A stretch of 64,000 bases of DNA from an uncultured Bacilli bacterium (GCA_963931685.1 OZ007038.1:810940-874939), one strand, 5' to 3'. Positions 36,989 to 45,097 are shown, counted from the stretch's first letter. Made by a program: numbers and translations. The notes: generated by a model from the sequence alone, not told the origin.

Positions 36989-37383
36989 ATTTTTTCAACA
37001 CTTTCTAAAATATTAAATATTTCTTCATTATATTTAATTTCATTTAATCTCTCATTTATAAACTTAATCCTGTCATTAATAGACAAATTATTTTTCAAAA
37101 ACAACTCATAATTTTTACTATTATAATAGGTAATCAAAGATACATCATTTTCATATACTAAATAACTTATTTTTAATTTATCTAAAGTCTCTAATACCTT
37201 ATTTAATGAACCAATAGGAAAACCAACCTTGATAGTATCACTAAATATACTTACCTTATAACCAAATATATTTTTAATAATATAACAGTCCTTACCTAAA
37301 ACATTATAAAAAATACCATTTTTCATAATTATAATAAATTTCTTCTTTTTATCTTTTAACTCAAAATATTTTTTTCTAAACAT
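36973..37383 (-). CDS. small MutS-domain-I-like protein (DGR accessory ORF)
   Basis: 136 aa from ATG 37383, with GGAGGG 4 nt upstream. FIIIMKNGIFYNVLGKDCYIIKNIFGYKV...VGFPIGSLNKVLETLDKLKISYLVYE parallels the MutS N-terminal pattern (GDFYE..DA......L...LT.......aGvP......yl..L...G..VAi.EQ). Confidence 0.5.
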   Translation of the reverse strand: MFRKKYFELKDKKKKFIIIMKNGIFYNVLGKDCYIIKNIFGYKVSIFSDTIKVGFPIGSLNKVLETLDKLKISYLVYENDVSLITYYNSKNYELFLKNNLSINDRIKFINERLNEIKYNEEIFNILESVEKICMKN

Positions 37384-37666
37384 ATTTCCCTCCAAATTTT
37401 ATATTGTTTGTGACCAAGTGATTTTGACATAAGAAAAAGCAATACCAAAAATTTTAGTATTGCTTAAAATGCAGTCTAATCATAATATATCTTTTTCGTG
37501 AGTTCCACCATTTATAATTTCCTACATAGTATAATTATAAATCTTTCCTACTAAAGTTATATACTTTCTGCACCAATATTCGGATATATCATCCAGGGAT
37601 AATACTTGTTTTCTAAATCTTTTCTTTATGACTATATTAGTTCATAAACCTTAGTTTTATAGAAAT

Positions 37667-37754
37667 CTGGGCGGGGAGCATTATTAGAACTATTATAGGC
37701 GTTATTGTTGTTCACATTCGCATTCGAACTATTCACATAACCGTTCCAAACCCC
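37667..37754 (-). repeat. DGR template repeat (TR), 3' portion in coding sense (88 nt)
   Basis: Aligns to VR 39582-39669 with 18 mismatches, all at plus-strand T (coding-strand A). It starts with the GC-rich CTGGGCGGGGAGC block shared with VR. Confidence 0.9.
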
Positions 37755-39305
37755 CTCACTTACGGACAGTTTTTAAAATGAAATTAATTAGAGGTATTAG
37801 TCGTTTATTGACTAATACCTCTTATTTGCCCTTTTTATGCTATTTTTTCACTATATAGATTTTGTAACTCACTTCTGTTAAAATATTTATAATAAACCCA
37901 TAATAGAAAGAAGTGAGTTACATGTCTAAATTATATAATACTCAAAAAGATATTACAAGTAATTTTGAAGATTTTTTGAAAAATGCTGTCCCTAATATTA
38001 GAAAAACCCAACTTAATATTATTCCTTCCATTTTATTTGGTATTATTCAAGCTGAATCTATTGCTTCTTCTGATATCGCCAAAAACTTAAAAGATAATTT
38101 TTTAGATGTTAAACTTGATTCTGTTATTAAAAGAATTAATCGTTTCTTTCGTAACAAATTATTTGACCCTTATACCTTTTATAAACAAATTATTTCTTAC
38201 TCTCTTTCTACTTATAAAAAGAAACATTCTGACAAAAGAGTTCACATTATTTTTGACCACATGTTTTCTCACGAAAATTATACTACTCTTATGTTTACTA
38301 TGCGTTTAGGTTCTCAAGGCATCCCAATTTGGTTTAAATGTTTTAAAGGTGTTTCTGATAATGATGCCTTCATGATTGATACTATATTACAAGGCATTAA
38401 AGAAGTAAGTGATATGTTCTCTAACTATGATTTCGATCTTATTTTTCTAGCTGACCGTTGGTTTAATTCTTGTGATATTCTTAATTATATTGATTCTTTA
38501 GGTCACACTTACTGTATCAGACTTAAAAAGACTTTATATGTCTATTATTTCGATAAAAAAGAAGGTCACATTATCAGAAAAACTGCAGGTGAATTATTTC
38601 ATTACAAACATCTTTCTACTACTTATAACAACATTACCATAACAAAAAACAAACTTAATTGTAATATTGTTATAAGTGATTCTAAAGATACTGATGATCC
38701 TTGGATTATTGCCACTAATGGTGATTATAAAAGAGCCATTAAAGATTATTCTTATAGATTTGGTGCCATTGAATGTGTTTTTAAAAATCAAAAATCTAAT
38801 GGTTTTTATTTAGAAAAAATTACTACTGCCTCTTTAAAAGCTTTTACTTCTATGTTTTGTTTAGTATGCGTTTGTGTTTTATTTTTAACTTTATTAGGCG
38901 CATATTATTCACGTAATCGTAGTTCTTATAAAAAAGAAAATATTACTACTCATAAAAATTATATTATTAATGGAAAAAAATACAAAAGAAGAATTTTATC
39001 CCTATTTAATACTGGGCTCACATTATTCAAGCGAGCCTTTAATTCACATCACTATGTCACAATTTCTTATAAATTTATTTTATATGATATTTAAATTAAA
39101 TTAAATTTTTTTCTTTATATTCACTATTGTTTTTATCATGCCATTTTTATGGCAATTAATTTACAAATTTAGCCAAATTTTTAAAATTTACTATTTGTTA
39201 TTTTTTAAGCATCAAAAATAGACTAAAATGTACATCACTGGGCGTACTTTTTAGTCTATTTTTCCTTGTATTTGCTTGCCTTTTTTAAAACTGTCCGTCA
39301 TTCAG
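37755..39305 (+). mobile_element. IS4-like insertion sequence (1551 bp) inserted in the DGR TR
   Basis: Imperfect terminal IRs CTCACTTACGGACAGTTTT / AAAACTGTCCGTCATTCAG. The 8-bp duplication is CAAACCCC (37747-37754 and 39306-39313), and VR contains that octamer only once. Confidence 0.8.
37913..39094 (+). CDS. DDE transposase, IS4-superfamily-like
   Basis: 393 aa with ..IIFDHMF.., ..FLADRWF.. and YSYRFGAIECVFKNQKSNGF (a near Y-R-E-K signature). Family assignment is tentative. Confidence 0.6.
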   Translation: MSYMSKLYNTQKDITSNFEDFLKNAVPNIRKTQLNIIPSILFGIIQAESIASSDIAKNLKDNFLDVKLDSVIKRINRFFRNKLFDPYTFYKQIISYSLSTYKKKHSDKRVHIIFDHMFSHENYTTLMFTMRLGSQGIPIWFKCFKGVSDNDAFMIDTILQGIKEVSDMFSNYDFDLIFLADRWFNSCDILNYIDSLGHTYCIRLKKTLYVYYFDKKEGHIIRKTAGELFHYKHLSTTYNNITITKNKLNCNIVISDSKDTDDPWIIATNGDYKRAIKDYSYRFGAIECVFKNQKSNGFYLEKITTASLKAFTSMFCLVCVCVLFLTLLGAYYSRNRSSYKKENITTHKNYIINGKKYKRRILSLFNTGLTLFKRAFNSHHYVTISYKFILYDI

Positions 39306-39313
39306 CAAACCCC

Positions 39314-39348
39314 ATTAGAATTGCCACCAGACTCGTTAGAATAAGCAT
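39314..39348 (-). repeat. DGR template repeat (TR), 5' portion in coding sense (35 nt)
   Basis: Aligns to VR 39670-39704 with 4 mismatches, all at plus-strand T (coding-strand A). Homology ends at 39348/39704. Confidence 0.85.
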
Positions 39349-39510
39349 CTCCACTTATCAATATTACCCCTTATTTTGTTCTATAATCACCCCGCTCTTC
39401 ACTTGCCATAGGCACATGAAGAGCGTTTATTAGGACTCAGTTTGCCTAGCAAACTGGTCCTTTTATAAAGGCTTCGCCTTTACTAATTTGTTCTTATTAT
39501 TGTGTATTTA

Positions 39511-40917
39511 TTACACTATTGTAAATGGATCTTCTGAAGTTCCACTTCCGTTCAAAGTAATATCAGATTTCAAAAAGACAACTGGGCGGGGAGCAGCAGT
39601 AGAACTATAAGAGGCGTCAGAGCTGTACACATACGCAGACGAACTACCCACACAACCGCCCCAAACCCCATAAGAAGAGCCACCAGACTCGTAAGAATAA
39701 GCATTTATTGTCCAATATAATAATGAACTAGCACTTCCTTTATCTAATAAGTAATTACTATTACATTCATTGGAACCATTAGCTGAAGTTGTGGCTGATG
39801 TACACTTTGGATTAGTACTTGCTCTTAAGATGTCTGATACATTAACTAATCCCACATTCCCTGTCCATGTATACATTTTTTCTCCTGCTATGTTTTTTTC
39901 TATACTATCCGCTCCACTTTCATCCAATTCTTCTACAGCTCCTATATTAAATGAATGAGAAGTCATTTGTCCTTTAGCTGTACTATTTAAATTATTTACA
40001 TAATAATCTTCATTTAAATATATTTTTATACTTGAATCTTCGGTTACTGTTCCACTTTGTGATCCGCTAGGTGAAGAGAATGTTCCATCAACTGCTGCAT
40101 ATACTCCACACCCTCTTGATGGATCATCACAATATGAGTTATTTTCTGTACTTCGGTGATTTGATGAATCAAATGGTCTCCTTGCTAGAACATCATTCTT
40201 AATTATTTTATATGTTCCATCGGTTTCTTTGGCTATGATTCTCCATAATTCATCATTGAATTCTATATAATTATTTGGTTTTTTTCCTCTATATATTAAT
40301 CTTCCACTTTCATAACTATCTTCATATAAGCCATCTCCTGATTCTACTATTTCGACTTCTTGGCCTCCTATTGTTTGGTCTCCTCCTGGTGTTATTCCTC
40401 CAGTTCCATCTTTTTGTTTATAATTTAAGGTTACTGTTATTGTTGAACTTGTGTTTTCTGGCTGACTAGTTACACTACTATCATAACTTACGATTACGGT
40501 TAAAATATCACTTTGAGATACTTGTAATTCATCTCCGTTTTCTATTCCACTTGTTTGGAATGTAATTGCTGGATTATTTCCATCATTTACTTCTATACTT
40601 TCTAATACTGCATCAATATTACCTTGATTTTCTACAGTTATATCATATTTCATTGAATCTCCTGGTAAAACTAAGTTGGTTTTAAATGTGGCAGTTGTAT
40701 CTGTATGTGTTGGCGCTTCTGCATCACTTGCCCCTCCACTTTGAACTGTGCTTTGTATATCAGTTATTTTAACTAAAAAGTTACTTGCTATATTTGATGT
40801 TCCTGATATTTTTAATTGTGATTGAAATGCTGCATACCCTACTCCCATTATTACTAATATCATACATAATCCGGCTATTATATAATTCCTATTAGTTCTA
40901 TTTAATCTTTTATTCAT
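39511..40917 (-). CDS. DGR target protein: secreted/anchored protein with a hypervariable C-terminal region
   Basis: 468 aa with an N-terminal hydrophobic signal/anchor (IIAGLCMILVIMGVGYAAF) and Ser/Thr/Gly-rich domains. VR lies 24-64 codons from the stop. Confidence 0.8.
   Translation of the reverse strand: MNKRLNRTNRNYIIAGLCMILVIMGVGYAAFQSQLKISGTSNIASNFLVKITDIQSTVQSGGASDAEAPTHTDTTATFKTNLVLPGDSMKYDITVENQGNIDAVLESIEVNDGNNPAITFQTSGIENGDELQVSQSDILTVIVSYDSSVTSQPENTSSTITVTLNYKQKDGTGGITPGGDQTIGGQEVEIVESGDGLYEDSYESGRLIYRGKKPNNYIEFNDELWRIIAKETDGTYKIIKNDVLARRPFDSSNHRSTENNSYCDDPSRGCGVYAAVDGTFSSPSGSQSGTVTEDSSIKIYLNEDYYVNNLNSTAKGQMTSHSFNIGAVEELDESGADSIEKNIAGEKMYTWTGNVGLVNVSDILRASTNPKCTSATTSANGSNECNSNYLLDKGSASSLLYWTINAYSYESGGSSYGVWGGCVGSSSAYVYSSDASYSSTAAPRPVVFLKSDITLNGSGTSEDPFTIV
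39582..39704 (-). repeat. DGR variable repeat (VR) in the 3' end of the target gene
   Basis: 123 nt encoding NAYSYESGGSSYGVWGGCVGSSSAYVYSSDASYSSTAAPRP. Its 3' end (coding sense) is the GC-rich IMH-like GCTCCCCGCCCAG. Confidence 0.9.
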
Positions 40918-41141
40918 ATGTACTTCCTCCTATTTTTATTATGAATCATTAATATTTTTTTATTCATTAATCTAATTATAAAATATTTTTAAATATTTAA
41001 CAACAGTAATTATTTTCCACTTTACACCTATACACTCTCCTTTTATAATAATTAGATATCTTTTTTTGATATCTTCCTTATTTTGATTATAAAACATATT
41101 TAATTAATTAAGCAATACTTTTTCTTATGTTCTATGTATAT

Positions 41142-41235
41142 TATACCTTTTACGCCCATAAATATTTTACACTTATTATGTATAAATCTTTTATAAACAA
41201 AGGCTTTTCAAACTTTTATAATCGTAAAATATTTT
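41142..41235 (+). repeat. RIT left terminal inverted repeat
   Basis: ATACCTTTTACGCCCATAAATATTTTACACTTATTATGTATAAATC...CGTAAAATATTTT. Its reverse complement matches 44148-44241 with scattered mismatches. Confidence 0.8.
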
Positions 41236-41282
41236 TTTGTTTGATATGATTATTTTGTGAAATTATAAAGGAGGTTGATAAA

Positions 41283-42224
41283 ATGATTTCACAAAATAAT
41301 AAACGGAAACACATCAAAAAATATGTGTTTTCAGGAACTTTACTAGAAGAATATCTGGCTTATACAAGATATTTAGAGGAACTTGAGATTACTAAGGATA
41401 CAATGAAATGGAGGTTAAAACATATCAGAGGCTTTTTAGATTATTTAGATAAACATAATATAGTTATTAATAATATCTTGCCAAATGTTGTATATGATTA
41501 TATGATGTCAATCGATGATTTAAGCGTACGTACAAAAGAACATAGAGCTGTTTGTATTAGACTTTTCTTAAATTGGTTATTTAATAATAAAAAGATTGAA
41601 ACAAGCGGAACTCATATTTTACCGAAAATAAAAAACAACAAACAAGATAAAGTGGCTGCCTATTACTCCAATGAAGAAGTGTCTAAAATATTAAATTCTA
41701 TAAACATACATGACGTTAATGGAAAGAGAGATTTAGCTATTATGTTGTTATTCGTGAGATTTGGTTTAAGAGAACGTGATGTCCAACAACTTAAATTGGA
41801 AAATATTAAATGGAATGACAATAAAATTATAATAGTTCAAAGTAAGAATAAACAAATTAATACTTATCCAATGATACCTGAAATTAAATATGCTTTAATT
41901 GATTATTTAAAAAATGAACGTCCTATTTCTAATTTACCATATCTATTTTTAACCGATTCTAAAAATATATGTACTAGTCATTTTTTTTATAAATTAGTAA
42001 ACAAGTATTTTAGGAAAGCAGAAATAAATACAAGTTACAAAAAACACGGTTCACATTCTTTAAGACATAGTTTGGCTACTTCGTTACTTAATGATGGCAA
42101 TTCACTTTATACTATTTCATCTATTCTTGGTCATAAATATATTGCTGATTCTCAAGTCTATACTAAAGTAGATATTGAAAATTTAAAAAAAATACCTTTG
42201 GAAGTGCCTCTATGGAAAGCTTAA
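41283..42224 (+). CDS. ritA: tyrosine recombinase RitA-like
   Basis: 313 aa with RERD..HSLRHSLATSLL..LGHKYIADSQVYTKV. An AGGAGG RBS precedes it. Confidence 0.75.
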   Translation: MISQNNKRKHIKKYVFSGTLLEEYLAYTRYLEELEITKDTMKWRLKHIRGFLDYLDKHNIVINNILPNVVYDYMMSIDDLSVRTKEHRAVCIRLFLNWLFNNKKIETSGTHILPKIKNNKQDKVAAYYSNEEVSKILNSINIHDVNGKRDLAIMLLFVRFGLRERDVQQLKLENIKWNDNKIIIVQSKNKQINTYPMIPEIKYALIDYLKNERPISNLPYLFLTDSKNICTSHFFYKLVNKYFRKAEINTSYKKHGSHSLRHSLATSLLNDGNSLYTISSILGHKYIADSQVYTKVDIENLKKIPLEVPLWKA

Positions 42225-43126
42225 AAGGTCCCTTCAAAGATATTATTCCACAATTCCAAAACTATAAAAAAAGTCTTGGATATTTATATGATAACATATC
42301 TTCTTTTGTACAGTTAGATAATTTTTTATATAATCAGGGTATTTATGACTTTAATGATACAAAAATTATCTTTGAAGTTTTAATTAAAAATGAGCCAAAT
42401 TTGTCTAAGAAAACAAATAGATATACTTGTTTACAACAGTTATACGAATTTATGGAACTATTAGGATATCACAATCTTTATTTTGAAAATATACAATTTG
42501 ATAAAAAACCAAATTTTATTCCTAGAATTTTAAATGCAAAAGAAATTACTTTATTTTTAAAAAAAATAGACCAATTAAGTATTTTGTTAGATAATGATGA
42601 ACAATATATTTATCCAACTTTATTTAGATTATTATATAGTTCGGGATTGAGAATTAATGAAGCTTTAAAACTTAAGATTACTGATATATCTTTAAAAGAT
42701 GGTACAATAACAATTGTTAAGGGTAAAGGTAATATTGCTAGATTAATACCTTTATCTCCAACCATGAAATGTACACTAACTAATTATTTAAAAATAGTTA
42801 ATTGTAAAACTTATCTATTTGAAATTAATAATAAACCAATTACATATATAAAAGTTGCTGATTTCTTTCATAAAATTACAAATAAAATGTTTGACTTTAG
42901 AATACATGATTTACGTCATACTTTTGCTGTTACTGTATTTAATAATTTATATAAAAAAGGGTTGTCTGAATATCAAATACTTTATTTACTTCACATATAT
43001 ATGGGTCATACAAATATTAAAAGTACAGAATATTATCTACGAATGACAGATGAAACTTACAATAGAATTATAAATAATTTTCATAATAAATATCCAAATG
43101 TTATTCCTAAGGTGGGTGAGATGTAA
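42212..43126 (+). CDS. ritB: tyrosine recombinase RitB-like
   Basis: 304 aa with GLRINEAL..HDLRHTFAVTVF..MGHTNIKSTEYYLRM. It overlaps ritA by 13 nt. Confidence 0.75.
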   Translation: MESLKGPFKDIIPQFQNYKKSLGYLYDNISSFVQLDNFLYNQGIYDFNDTKIIFEVLIKNEPNLSKKTNRYTCLQQLYEFMELLGYHNLYFENIQFDKKPNFIPRILNAKEITLFLKKIDQLSILLDNDEQYIYPTLFRLLYSSGLRINEALKLKITDISLKDGTITIVKGKGNIARLIPLSPTMKCTLTNYLKIVNCKTYLFEINNKPITYIKVADFFHKITNKMFDFRIHDLRHTFAVTVFNNLYKKGLSEYQILYLLHIYMGHTNIKSTEYYLRMTDETYNRIINNFHNKYPNVIPKVGEM

Positions 43127-43127
43127 G

Positions 43128-44129
43128 ATGTTAATGAATTTCTCATATTATATTAAAAAATATTTTACTTCTTATCTTCCAGTTACACGAAATTTAAATT
43201 CTTCTACAATTAGAACTTATAAAAATGATATGCTATGTTTTATTAAATATTTAATAGAAATTAATATAAACGTTGATGAGCTACAATTAAAAGACATAAG
43301 TTTTTCATTTATAGAAAATTATATAAAATTTTTAAAAGATGAAAAAAACAATGGGGCTAAAACTATTAATTTAAAACTCACCATATTAAAATCCTTCTTT
43401 TCATATTTAAGTCTTGAAACTGTAGATGCAATTGATGTTTGTGAAATGGTCAGAAAAATTAAGTTATTAAAACCTGAAGTTACTATTCCTAGTTATTTAA
43501 CAGCCAAAGAAATAGAATGTTTATTAATACAACCAATTAAGTTAAACAATATAAAAGAATTAGCTATTTTAACTCTACTTTATGATGGTGCTTTAAGAGT
43601 TAGTGAATTATGTAATTTAAAAGTAGAAAATATTACTTTGGATAGTATTTCTAAAATTAATGTAGTTAAAAGTAAAAATAACAACTTTAGAATTATTCCC
43701 CTTAATAAGCAAACCACTAAAATATTAAAAAAATATATTGATGAATATAATTTAAACAATAACGATTTTTTATTTACTAATAAATATGGTAAAAAATATA
43801 CCCAAAAAGGAATAGCTTATATTTTAAATAAAAATTATAATTTAGCTAAAAAATATTGTAATGATAATACAATGTATAATTATAAGAGTCATCCTCATAT
43901 GTTAAGGCATAGTAAAGCAATACATTTATTAGAAAGTGGAATTGATTTAATAACTATTAGAGATTTTTTAGGACATAAACATGTAAGTACAACAGAAATA
44001 TATGCGCGTATCACTGATGAAAAGAAAGCAGAAATTTTATTAAAAAACACGAAAAAAAAGCCATTAAAACTCAAACGAAGAAAAAAACAAAGAGAAAATT
44101 TAGAAAGTTGGTTAAGAGAAAACTATTAA
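43128..44129 (+). CDS. ritC: tyrosine recombinase RitC-like
   Basis: ALRVSEL..HMLRHSKAIHLL..LGHKHVSTTEIYARI. Preferred start is ATG 43128, one nt after the ritB stop and behind GGTGGGTGAG. Confidence 0.75.
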   Translation: MLMNFSYYIKKYFTSYLPVTRNLNSSTIRTYKNDMLCFIKYLIEININVDELQLKDISFSFIENYIKFLKDEKNNGAKTINLKLTILKSFFSYLSLETVDAIDVCEMVRKIKLLKPEVTIPSYLTAKEIECLLIQPIKLNNIKELAILTLLYDGALRVSELCNLKVENITLDSISKINVVKSKNNNFRIIPLNKQTTKILKKYIDEYNLNNNDFLFTNKYGKKYTQKGIAYILNKNYNLAKKYCNDNTMYNYKSHPHMLRHSKAIHLLESGIDLITIRDFLGHKHVSTTEIYARITDEKKAEILLKNTKKKPLKLKRRKKQRENLESWLRENY

Positions 44130-44147
44130 GTTTTTTCTCTTTTTTTC

Positions 44148-44241
44148 AAAATATTTTACGATTATAAAAGTTTGAAAAGTCCTTATTTATAAAGGATTTA
44201 TGCAAAATAAGTGTAAAATATTTATGGGCGTAAAAGGTATA
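44148..44241 (-). repeat. RIT right terminal inverted repeat
   Basis: AAAATATTTTACGATTATAAAAGTTTGAAAAG...GTGTAAAATATTTATGGGCGTAAAAGGTAT, the inverted partner of 41142-41235. Confidence 0.8.
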
Positions 44242-44265
44242 TTTTGCCCTTAAGGACAAAATATA

Positions 44266-44277
44266 CCCCCCCCCCCC
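44266..44277 (+). repeat. C12 homopolymer tract
   Basis: Twelve consecutive C. A partly complementary G7TGGTGG lies at 44345-44358. Confidence 0.9.
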
Positions 44278-44435
44278 TATAAAAATGTCAAGTAAGTTTA
44301 CACTTTTTTTATAAAAAAACATTATGTTTACCACATATATTAAGTTGGGGGGGTGGTGGTAAACTAAAAGTAGAAGGCAGAGGGTATAATTGTAGACAGT
44401 TATAAAATAACTTTTATGCAATAATATTTTAATGA

Positions 44436-45028
44436 AACTCCCCGCAGCAAGCTACGGGGTATCTTTTTGTGCGATGTCTTTAAAAGACATATATAATTGC
44501 TTATACTCAGTATCTTGTTTACCTTGATTTTTTACATACTCTCTAATTACTGTTTCATTTTGATTTTTGCCTACCGTTGCCACAAAATATCCGTCTGTCC
44601 AAAACTGTCCTCCCCATAGTTTTTTCTTTACCTCTGGGCATTCTGAAAAAATTTGTCTTGCAGTTATACTTTTTATTATTTTTACTATTTGACTTGGAGA
44701 ATAATTTGGAGTGCTTTGTACTAAAAAATGTACATGTTCTTTATCTGTTCCTATCTCCAAAAAACTTATGTAATCATATCTTAATTCTATTCCAAGACAA
44801 ATTTGTTTCAGATGTTCATCTACTGTTTCTTCAAAAACAACACGAAGGTATTTTGCTGGACATACTATATGGTAAACAAGATTACTTGCATTATGGGATA
44901 AATAAATATATTTGCTTTCTTCCATGACATCGCCCTCACTACGTATTATCATACTACGTTCGGCTTTACGCTGCAAGCAGCGGGGAAATGCCCTAGAGTT
45001 TAGGCATACACTGTATGCCTAAACTTAT
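44436..45028 (-). mobile_element. IS200-type element (tnpA only); boundaries approximate
   Basis: A Y1 HUH transposase gene is flanked by hairpins: CCCCG-N10-CGGGG (44440-44459) at the 3' end, and an 11-bp perfect stem GTTTAGGCATA/TATGCCTAAAC (44998-45024) upstream. Confidence 0.65.
44452..44925 (-). CDS. tnpA: IS200/IS605-family Y1 transposase TnpA
   Basis: HVHFLVQSTPNYSPSQIVKIIKS (HUH motif) and ..WTDGYFVATVG.. (catalytic Tyr region). Preferred start is ATG 44925 (MEESKY). Confidence 0.85.
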   Translation of the reverse strand: MEESKYIYLSHNASNLVYHIVCPAKYLRVVFEETVDEHLKQICLGIELRYDYISFLEIGTDKEHVHFLVQSTPNYSPSQIVKIIKSITARQIFSECPEVKKKLWGGQFWTDGYFVATVGKNQNETVIREYVKNQGKQDTEYKQLYMSFKDIAQKDTP

Positions 45029-45097
45029 TATAGATATTTTACGTTCATTATGTATAATTTCTTTATAATAAATACAAAAAAACTTTAAATTTTTGGT

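Larger units (their letters stand above)
35566..40917 (-). mobile_element. diversity-generating retroelement (target/VR - TR - MutS-I-like - Avd - RT), TR interrupted by an IS
   Basis: See the component features. The TR/VR pair differs only at template adenines. Confidence 0.85.
41142..44241 (+). mobile_element. recombinase-in-trio (RIT) element
   Basis: Three consecutive overlapping or abutting tyrosine recombinase genes are flanked by ~94-bp imperfect terminal inverted repeats. Confidence 0.8.

Noticed and set aside
37437-37466. Hairpin AAGCAATAC-N11-GTATTGCTT between TR and the first accessory gene, as a defined DGR functional element
   Set aside because: It could be a terminator or part of the TR-spacer RNA structure needed for priming. 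I cannot distinguish these from sequence, so it is mentioned only here.
38106-38791. Internal ORFs (67 aa plus-strand, 65 aa minus-strand) within the IS4-like transposase gene
   Set aside because: They are alternative-frame or antisense ORFs nested in a longer ORF that has DDE motifs.
41283-44129. Three tyrosine recombinases read as prophage integrases or XerC/D-type resolvases
   Set aside because: The tandem overlapping arrangement plus ~94-bp terminal inverted repeats fits a RIT element. No phage genes or dif-like context is present.
44146-44421. 91-aa minus-strand ORF
   Set aside because: It runs through the RIT right inverted repeat and the C12/G-rich tracts (it encodes GGGG and PP runs) and has no RBS. 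It is judged spurious.
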